Assembly (NCBI GenBank): GCA_030390025.1
Contig: CM059425.1
Coordinates: 70,556,001 to 70,620,000 of the forward strand
Direction: 5' to 3'
Source of the DNA: Squalus acanthias
Lineage: Eukaryota
DNA length: 64,000 nt
Shown here piece after piece: positions 54,080-64,000 of the stretch; the first letter of the stretch is position 1; each line of letters starts with the position of its first letter. Both the position numbers and the translations under genes were made by a program. Under the pieces are notes generated by a model. The model did no database searches, was not told the origin of the DNA, and worked only from the letters and a program-made list of their open reading frames with translations.

Positions 54080-57000
54080 AAGCAGGGTTGTCAAGGTATT
54101 GAATGAATGATGATCTGCCGTTGCAACAACTCCGGCTGCCTTGGACCGCTATCTTACTGTAAAAAAAACAGCGATGAAAACGTTCACGAGGAGTTAACAA
54201 CAAAAAAAATAAGAGAGAGAAGGGGGCGAAAAGCAGCTTCGGCTTCTTTCGTAGCTTTTTTTGTTGTTTGTTTGAATAAGTGGCTGTCAGTAAGTATTGA
54301 GGAGGTGGCAGGTTGGGAGGTTGGTTGGTTACGGAGTGAGTGTGTTGTCAGTAATAATGCGCTGGCAGCGCTGAGCGGCGGCGGCGGGAGAATGACGGAA
54401 CCCGGAAGTAGTGGTGGCCATAGCCAGTCGTACGCCAACCAGTCTCTGATATGCAGAGTATGCAATCCGGACTGCTGCAAGTCATGGGGGGAGTCAAAAA
54501 ATAATCGCTCGCACACCCCCTTCCCCTCCCCCCCCCAACCAAAAATAAGGTTATAAAACAGATCTCTAAATCAATCAGCATTATGGTATCCTAACAAGAT
54601 GCACTGTCTTTTTTTAAATATATCAAGCACGGTCTTCTGTGACACACAAAAAAGTTGTTGATATGTCAAGACATTTCAAAACTTCCCAAAGTAAGGTAAG
54701 GACTACAGAGCTGTAGCATCCTTTCTTAATCAACCTTCTTGCAATTCTCAGAAACTATGCGATCAAGCGGTTAAAGAATTTCCGACTACCACACTTGCAA
54801 ATAGATAAAGTAGGGACCCTGTTAACTAATCGCATTTACGACTGGCCACTATATGTGTTGGAGAGAGTTGCTTCAGAAAGGCAGCATTGGCTTTATTTGA
54901 GTAAGCAGTTACGAAGTTCAACAGGCTCTAAATTATTTTCCGTCCAGTCATTCAGTGTGCGAGCTTGTTTTCCCCCGGTTTACTTTTCTTCGCTTTGTTG
55001 TGGTTTGCAGTGTGCGCGAAGACATTTAATCGCAGTAATTCCTGATAATGGTGTTCCTAATTGCATGGTGTTATTTAGAAAATTAAGTGCGGTCCCGCAC
55101 CCCCTTGAGCACAAATGAACTTTTCCAACGAAAAAAAAGCTTTTGCAGGGAAAGTAATTTTGTGCGTCTCGTCCAATCCTTTTGCTGGATCCAAATTCAT
55201 GCACCCAGCCGTACATCATGGCAGTCAATTATCATAGCTTCATCTGATCATCAATCACAGGGGATGCTAGAAGTTAAGGGGCGGAGCATTGGTCGACCCA
55301 TCGATTGCAGTAGTTTTGTCTTTTTCCCCTCTCGTTCACGGTCCCCTGCGCACAAAGGCCAAAGCGGACTATTCCGTTTAATATTTGGCTTCATCAATAG
55401 ACATGCAGGCTTTTGTGCATGTGACATCACATATCGATGGTTTCACAAAAATGGCAAAATACATTGTCTACGGGATATTTGATTTCCAAAATTAAACATG
55501 AATCACGACTTTGTCAACGCAGACAGAAATTATGTGCACTTTCTTTTTACGGACACAGGGACATAATAACAAAGCAACTTCAGAGGTCAATAAAGCAAAA
55601 GAAAAGATGAATGATTAAGAGGATGATGATGATGATAGTGATAACCACTGCAATTAAACAGTTTGATTAAACGAGGCATCATAACAACAATGATGTTTGG
55701 GAAAACACCCCTCACATAAAAAGTAAGATAGTGCAGCGGTTGATAAACGCCAGTGGGCATTCCAACATGCTTCTGCCTGAGTATACCAGGGACTGTTGAC
55801 AATGTAGGACAGCATCGAAAATTCGCTCTCAAAATACTTTTACGCATTGTTCCCCCTCTTTTTTCCTAAAAGAAAAGCGACGCACAGCTACTGAAGACCC
55901 AGCAGCCTCCCGAGACGGTCTTCAAATAAGTATTCTTCTGGGATACTCTACTGGCGACTTGTCCTCCTACACAGAATGGTAAGTACAGCCGAGTCCTTCG
56001 TATCAAGTAAGTGTGTTTCACTAATAGGCATTTATTCCCAAACAGTATACAAACGGCAACGTTGCCATGGCTGTGCCTAACCGTGCAGCCACACATTAAT
56101 GATTGCTCTATTTTAATTTGCGTATAATGTAACAAGTCAACGCAACGGAAGGTGGGTGCAATAATGCGCGAAAGCACCCGGGTATTAAATCGAGCCGGCC
56201 GCGAGTTTTCACCTCATCGATACACGGCGATAAGCGTTTCTGATCGGAACCCGAAATTGGGAACAGGGCGTTTGTAAATTGGGAAACCTTTATAAAGCAC
56301 GAAAGCGGCGAGCTGGTAGCAGCGATGAGTAGGAGGGTTTCTCAAGTGATAAATAAAAGTAAATGTTGTGTGACAGTCATCGGTGACTATTGAAAATGCA
56401 TTTGTTCCGATTCACTTTTTGTAAATGGGTTTGACTGCGGTATTGTGCCGTAACCATTTATATGATACAGTATTGTAAAGTGTATGTGTGTTGGAATATG
56501 CTGTATCTTGTAGTAGTGCGCAGATTAAATATTCCAACTAGACACACGCACAAATCTGTAAACTAGATACAGTTAGATATTTTATTTTAAATACCGGCAA
56601 ATTCTATTGATAATCCCCCAAATAATAAGCAATGTATGTAATATTGTCGAATTCTCAATGTTTTTTTTTGTAATATGAAGCAAAGTACACATTCGGATTT
56701 TAGGTCAAAAAAGTTTTAAAATGATCTGCTCCATTTCTGGCCAACATTATTAGAAAACAAGTGACTTCCAAAGCGCCATTTATACTGGGCGGCGATAAGC
56801 AAGGCGCGGGTTCTTCCATGTAATAAATGATATCCACCTAGTATTTGATCGATAAAAATCTATTTACTATAATAGATACATTTCTTCTTTTGTGCAGAAC
56901 GGAAGTACTTTAACGTAAAACACGGTCTCACGTTTATTAAAGATTCACAACGGGCGACTACGAAATAATAGAATTCAAATACAGACTATCAGATCCTGAA

Positions 57001-57447
57001 GAACATTTCTGTAAAGTGCCTCCCTGGTTTTCAGTAAGATACCAACTTCATTCCTGGCTATCCAGCTAGTTTTTGTAACAACTTAACCCCGAATATATTA
57101 AAACTTGTGTGTGCGTGTTTGTGTTTTTTTTAACAAAACTTTAGGTCGGTTTCTGTTTAAGAGAACGCTTGATTTGTCTAATGCAATATGTTAAGTATGT
57201 TTTTCAAGTTTACAGTTTTTACTTATCGATACGAGTCTCTCCCGCTCCACCCCCCCCCCCCAACTCTATGCGAATTTAATACCGAAATACAGCCTTTTAA
57301 ATGAGATTTCAATAAGAGCCGGGAATCAAGTAGATGCCGTTCAAATAATGCAAATCGTGTCCGGTTATGGAGTGCTTCTCCATCAACAAGCAGATAGTAG
57401 GGGATAGCCGAAGATTGCTTTAACAGCCGGTAAAATTTCATCTTCTG

Positions 57448-57475
57448 GTGTCAAATTGGGGTCAACTTGGGGTTA
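57448..57475 (+). promoter_or_regulatory. Tandem DR5-like nuclear receptor half-site array
   Basis: GTGTCA aattg GGGTCA acttg GGGTTA, about 3.7 kb upstream of the Meis2 ATG. Confidence 0.4.
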
Positions 57476-60400
57476 GAGCTATCACTGTTCAGTCTGAGTA
57501 GTCCAGCTGTGTTGAGATTCATTAAGAGTTCAGTATCTGTTTCAAGAAAAACAGCACTAAGACAATCAGAGGGCGAAGGATCCCGTTGTTGTTGGAACTA
57601 CAAGTGCACCCAACGAAATGGTAAATGTATCAAAACTTCCTAAAATTCACCAGGAAAGCCGGCAGAAAGGCACCTTGCCCCCTTCATCGTGTGTTTTTTA
57701 TCCAACAGTAGAGTTTAAACATTGATCTGACTACATTCTGATTTACTGATGCGAAATCTTTTTGTTGAGCAGAGCACGTACACGGTACTTTACTGTGTAA
57801 TGTGCTGGTGTCGCAAAAAGAGCGGATTTTCAATTTGATTTGATTTTCATCACCAAGAGGTGAATAAAAGTGAAATAACCTTCTAAAGTAACTTTTATAT
57901 CAGTGTTTAGTTAGTTGCTTAAATTTCTATTCATAAATACAGAAAATACATAAATGTATCCCAAATATTTAGATAGTGACTTGTAAAAACTAAGCTAAAA
58001 TTGCTTACTGTTAGGAACACACAAAAATATACATATATATATATATAAACTATTAACGTTAAAATGCTTGTATCAAGAGTCATCTATGCAATGACGGGAA
58101 GTACAATATATGGTACAAATTCATAACAAGGAAGGAAAACATAAAGGAAGGCGATAACACTGCGGGTTTGCAATTATTTTCGTGATCTCGTTGTTAAAAG
58201 GGACGCGTTTAAATGTCCCCGATTCTAACCACAGTTAACGCTTGTTTATGTTTAAATTTTGATTGCCCTTCATGCTAAGTTTGTGTGTGTGCCTTTATTC
58301 TTGTTTCGGGGCGTGCGTTTTTTCCCCCGGATTGTGTAAATATATTCATTTCCTCACAGCAAAAGTTTGGAGTCTCTACTTGTTCGGGAAATGAGGTAAG
58401 ACGCGGGTTTGAAACCAACAGCTTGCATGTAGTGGGTATTTCGCCAACTAGTCAATTCTTTCCAAGAATTCTGTTTTCTAAATTGGCTTAATATTAGATT
58501 TGCAGGTTACTTATTTGTTTTCGGAATCATAATCCCCACCCCACTCCCTCAAAAATGGGGGTGGGAGAAACATCGAGGGCGATTATGTTGAACTTTCCCT
58601 GACCCCAATGTAAATACGGCCTTAAGGAAGTCCTTCGCACTGGACTCAGTGTTTAACCGTTACCTGTAAACCGCCGCATATTAAACCCATCGGATTCTCT
58701 TCATATTCTACCCCAATCTCGCCACAATCAACAAAACCAAGCGACGTGCACTTTCGGCAGATGTTCTGCCTTGGTCGGCGAGAAGTTCATGCGAAGGCAC
58801 TTCTTTTAGACAGCCCTTTAGCGCTATCTGGCGGGGCTGGCTGTAGCTATCCAATTGCTGATAAATACTCGACGGTATTCCCGAAATATTTCAGAAAACC
58901 TTGTCCCCGCGCAAAGTTTATTTGCCAGCAGGACTGGGTCAGTGATCTGTTTTTGAATGAACAGATTAAATTGTACCAATAGAATCTATTTCAAACAAAG
59001 CTCAATTTGAGAACGCCGCGTCCAACACGCCAATGATCTCATTTCGTTTTCATAATCGAAAGAGTAAACTTTTCAATGGCCATAATACCACGCTGTCTAG
59101 AATGGCGAAATACATGTACTTTGCCATTGCTATCCATTCGTTGTTCCAAGTGCTTTTATCGTCACCTCCAATGTAATTGATTTCAAAATTAATACATTTT
59201 GTTTTGGGAGCTAAGGGCGGTTGTCGCTAAATTGTCAGAACTGATTGCCGATATCTTCTTTCCTTCTTTCGTGCATTTTAAAATATATCACCAGAAAGAC
59301 TATTTTGACCGCACCACGACTGCCTGCATGCGAGGGAGATCATGCATGGGCCGGGATTTTGGAGGTCACTACCGAGAACTTCTTAATCGCTAGCGCTGTT
59401 GTGGAAATGATAATACCACAATACCTCGCCCACACAAGGCATCTCCCGCACGCGAACTACACATGAAAGCATTTTAAAGAATCGTTACCTGTTTGGAGAT
59501 GCGTGCTAATTTAGGAATCAACCCTTATTTGGCATATTTTGCCGGATTTTTTTTTCTTTACTTAGAACAACGTTTACAAGCATCTAATCAGTAATATATA
59601 AAGCAGTTTTCCGAATAAAAGTTATTTCATTTATCCTTTACGGGGAAAGCTGGATTTTTTTTTCTGGCAATATTATTACATTAACTGAATAATGACAAAA
59701 ACAAAACAGGCCGATTTAGGTAGTTATTTTAGATGTTAATAGACTATGCTTCTCTGCTTCTTAAACACAAGCTCGTCGTGTTTATAAGTAGTGGAATCAT
59801 TTAATGAGTGTCATTAAAGCGTGTTTCCATTGCAATTATCCCTGGATTAGAACCACCAAACCAGGTTAATTTGAAAAAAGCAATTAGTGCCTACTGTAAC
59901 AAAGCAACGGGCAAATCTTTATAGACTTTTTGTAATGGTCTTGCGATAAATTCCACCCTTTCGATATCTTGTGTATATAGCCTTTTTAATCTCATGCAAA
60001 AAGGAACGCTAATTTACTTTCATACAATGCTAACATTAACATATTACAGCAGCTGTTTTGTGATTTTTCCCTCCTTTCTGTTGTATGTAGACATATGTAT
60101 TATGTTCTGATCTTCAACAAAGCTATTTGCAGCGATTTTGTTCTCGATGATTTGACGTAATTAAATGTAACTTTTTATATGAAAGCTCTTTTTGGGTTGC
60201 GCTGAAAATTGGTTACTAATGGTGGTAAAAACAAATCCGAATGTCTCTTCCTTTCTCTCCCCTCCGCGCAGACATCGAGGAGGTAAGACTTTAATTAATG
60301 ATGCAGTTTTTAAAAGATTTTTTTTTACTAAGATCAGCAAATAATTAACCATAAGGGTGCATATTATGTATCGGAAAAAAATAAAATGTTGTTTACCTAG

Positions 60401-63139
60401 AATATTAAAGGAGCATTTTGGGAGAAGCTAATTCGCTAAATTTTCTAACCCTGTCTATACACTCTTTCCATTATCTTGGCATCTTTATTACGGGCAGTAT
60501 GTTTCTGGGACATTTGGATCATCCAGCGTTTATATTATTTAAACTTAAAAGGATGACTTCAATTGGAAGTGCTTGATCTTTTGAAGCAGTGATGAAAATT
60601 AATTTTGCATTAATGATAATTATTCACTTGTTAACTTCCATTTAGCTGTTAATGTGACTTTGAGCAATGGAATATCACTTGACTAAATTATTATGTACAA
60701 AACATGGGAGAATGTACAGATTTTAAGACACCGCATGGGGTTGTTGACCTAAACGGGGGTGATGTTAAAAAATAATTTGCACAGTTTTGTGATTTTTGTT
60801 TCTTCCAACGTTTTCATATAGTACGAAATGATTTCAGTAAATTTAATTAGGCATGGTATTGAAACAATAAAATCAATCACACATTTTACAAGGAGGCACT
60901 GGAAAACGTATCATTGGAAAAAAACCTGTAATTTTTTTCACTGCGCTGAATTTTTAAGAAGTTTTTTGTGTGAGTGCTCATATATTGTCTCTTTAAAACT
61001 GATTCCCAACTTTTCTTTAGGTGATCTAACAGAGGATAATGACTATCATTCCCACTTTTAAACGCAACACTTGACAGCAGCCACAGATCTAGAGTCCTTC
61101 TTCTACCTCGAAAATCCTCACTTTAAAGCGAAACACAGCCCATCACTTCCAGACAGAGGAAAAGCAAAAATCGTTAAAAGAAATAATGCAAAGGAATGCC
61201 AGGTTGTTGAGTAAGCAATAAGCCAGTGGATTAACTGTTGTTTTGTGAAGGTCAGGTCACGGGCGAGTTTTTCTCCCGCAGATCATTAGGTGTAATTGGG
61301 TAAGTTTAAGTGGACTTGGGATGCCTGTACTTAAGTTAATAGCAATGACCTTCTTGCGGCTGTCCTGTCCAACATTATTCATCTTTGCCAGGCCGATTTG
61401 AAAGCCATTCCCACTCCAGCTTTCCAGAGATATTTCAGAGTACGAACCCAGTAATGATATTCCGGAAAATCCCATCACATTTTTTGTTTGTTCTTTAATA
61501 TTATGTAAGCAAAGCAGATAACATTTCATCTGTGTCCCAGTGTGAATCAATCAGAATAAACCCATGCTTCAGCGGTAAATATATTGATTAATTGAATTGC
61601 CATACATGTTTTCAAAGCATATTGTACTTCATTACAGCACACACTGTAAGTTAAAATATTTAAAATAAAAACATTCCTGAGTGAAGTGCTTGCATTTCGA
61701 ATTCTGTTTGCGTACTTTGAGAAATATAGACTGAGCGTCATTTTTCCAAATGCAGATTGACATTCAGTATTGATTTAATTACTAAATGAATAAAAAATAA
61801 CTTAGCCAGTCAATCGCTCTCTGCGCTGGGCACCACTAAACTTATGTTGTCTTCTGTGATTTTCATCTACTTAAGTAAACGAAAAAAGGTACATGAAGTG
61901 CGAAAAACGCAACAGAGCAAATCTGAAAACATTTTCGTAAAAAGCGATCTTTTTAACGTGTAATTCGTTGCAAAAAATTAAATATCTGCACTCCGCAAAC
62001 TTTGTCATTTTCCTTTTACATTTTTTTCCAAGATCATTATATCGCAGCGCGGATTGTAAAACACCCAGTGACATTTGAGTGCTTCGAGTACTGTGTTTTG
62101 GTGCCGATGAAATGGCACACAAGGGTTAAAATGCGTTACACTAAGTTCAATAGGCTTCATTAGGTTTTAAAGATTCAAGGGAACTATTTTCATCGATTGG
62201 CCTCCACTGCACATAATTGAAAAAGCATAAAGCATTATTAAGCACGCTGTTGTGTCATTTTATTCTACAATTAAGGAGTTGGATACACTGCACAATATTA
62301 CAAATGAAACGGGAATTTTAAATTATAAGGTAAACTGTTCATATAATTTCCCCATAGCAGCTAATATCAAAATAACAATGGGATATGCGTGTTGAAAGGG
62401 GGCCGAGATTGTTTTGATTTTATTAGTTAATGGGAAAGAAAGGAGGCGGCAGGTTTATAACAAATTATATTTTTCGATGTGAGCCCTGTCAGTCTTATAA
62501 ATCCGATATTAAACCCATTCTGGATCTTGTGCGGCAAGGTGAGGTGTGCTTCGAGGCCCAGCTTCTAGTCTGACGAGATTTGTGGTAGAATGTGGGCTGC
62601 TGCTACAAGGTGCGAGAGTAAATGGCCTGTCCTGTCTTATTATAAATGCACGCCTGCCTTTCGATCTCCTTTCACGTACTACGATGTCATATTTTTCTGC
62701 TCCTTATCCAAGTCCTGGTTATTTCCAAATGCCTTAGTCCTCTGAATGGACACTCATTAAACCACCTGTTTGTATCCACAATGCAGCCCGTAAATACTCA
62801 AGATTATCGTCATAAATTGAGGAGGACAACTTTTTTTTAAGTTAAATAAAGTAGGGTAATATTCGCACGGAGGTTCAAATAAACGGGAATTGTGCATGTG
62901 TTCAGTTCATGTAACACAATTGATGACAAAAACAGAAAGCGAGGCAGTGGAACTGTTGTGATATTTTCTAACTGAAGAAAGCCAATCCCAATGCACAGCC
63001 ACCAAGATGCAGGGCGAGGCCGCCCTATAACAATGGCATTCAAACATGGTTATGCAGACTGTTGGTCTACTATTGTAGCCACTTTTGTCTGAAGGTGCCG
63101 TCGCTCCGATCTGACCCAACTTTACAATCAATTCCCCTT

Positions 63140-63520
63140 TAGCGCGCGGAGACCTCTCCCGGGTTTGAGTCTGTCCTTTCCCATCAAAACAAATGCACTT
63201 TTGAGTAAAAATATAAAACAGTGTCGTCCAATTGTTAAGGAGATGACTCAGTCCAGCACCGATGAGTACTTCCTCAGCTGGGACCTAAATGAGCACCTGC
63301 AGAAAGGGCCGAGGAACCTGGAGCACCCGGAGCACGTGCAGCGAGCGGCCGCGCCACGCTGCACTTTCGCGCGCGCGGGGACTCGGCCAATGGGGAGAGG
63401 TGGCGGCAGGCGCTAGCCGAAGCCGGCAAGAGGTCACGTGCTGCAAGGTCGAGTGCAGCGAGCTGGCCTTCCGCTGGTGCAAAAAGGTGGCCGCGGGCGG
63501 ACTGTGTGCGTGAGTAACAG
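63140..63520 (+). promoter_or_regulatory. CpG island, candidate promoter/first exon of a divergent transcript
   Basis: GC/CpG-rich; CCAAT (63387-63391), two CACGTG E-boxes including GTCACGTG (63433-63440), GGGCGG box, then consensus donor GTGAGT at 63510-63515. Confidence 0.5.
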
Positions 63521-64000
63521 AAATACAGCTCAGAGCTGCTGGTCCTAGTTACCGACAATGTTATCACTGCACCTGCAGCAGTGTGCACAGGTGAATGACA
63601 TGCCGGATATTTAAGGAGTAAGATAGGTTTGGTACGCATTTGTGACCGTGTGCACGCATTGCTACACATGCGATTTGTGTTTAAACGGCTAGACCTGGAA
63701 TTGGTCCAGAAACGAGCTGCCAGTCAGCGCTTGAAATTTCCCCTGGTCTGGTAGTGCATCACCGCTGTGGGGGACACTAACTTATTAATGAGAAGTGTTT
63801 TGTGTGTCCCTCCCTCATTGTGCCTTCACATCTGACTTTGTCGCTGCATGTCTTTTGCTGCACTTATCGGTTGCAGCCAGGTATTACCATGTTCATTCTG
63901 CCTGACTCACACTGCAATAACCCTGCCCAGGAGAGAGCTCCGCATGTGCATGGTTACATGCATGCATGCATAAAGCTGCTTCCCTAGTGGTTAAAATTTA

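Larger units (their letters stand above)
53743..54520 (-). promoter_or_regulatory. Meis2 5' leader / proximal promoter (TSS not determinable)
   Basis: CpG-rich stretch directly upstream of the ATG. Contains ETS core CCGGAAGT (54402-54409) next to a half-CRE TGACG (54393-54397), TGATTGACAG, and several TGACA sites. Only one sense-strand ATG between 53743 and 54418. Confidence 0.75.

Noticed and set aside
54107-54556. 149-aa plus-strand ORF over the promoter
   Set aside because: Low-complexity translation of promoter sequence with no homology signal.
61249-61259. AGGTCAGGTCA overlapping half-sites
   Set aside because: Overlapping geometry is not a recognised RARE spacing.

Overview
Eukaryotic genomic DNA from a vertebrate, very probably a shark or ray, judged from an HE1/V-SINE, a DeuSINE (SacSINE1-like) fragment and CR1/HER1-type LINE tails. 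The window holds the 5' part of the TALE homeobox gene Meis2 on the minus strand. Coding exons 1-8 (53742 to 13056) all have GT-AG boundaries and splice into 900 nt / 300 aa, from MAQRYDELPHY through the MEINOX/Hth domain into homeodomain helix 1. Exon 9 onward was not found and probably lies left of the window; there is one 292-N gap. Upstream are a 5' leader nearly free of ATGs with one uORF, a perfect PBX-MEIS decamer, an ETS site and a roughly 15 kb CpG-enriched, TE-poor domain. A second CpG-island promoter candidate sits at about 63.3 kb. Introns 6-8 carry L2 and CR1 LINE fragments, SINEs, and a set of GC-rich non-autonomous DNA elements with short TIRs and 3-bp TSDs (PIF/Harbinger-like MITEs); some have long internal hairpins and sense-strand splice donors. 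Candidate cis-elements include a perfect DR2 RARE in intron 7, a tandem DR5-like array upstream and three helically phased MEIS sites in intron 6. I see no convincing wholly new protein-coding system. The best leads are regulatory (uORF, autoregulation, RAREs) and the MITE family. Comparisons to human MEIS2 and to repeat families are from memory, not from database searches.
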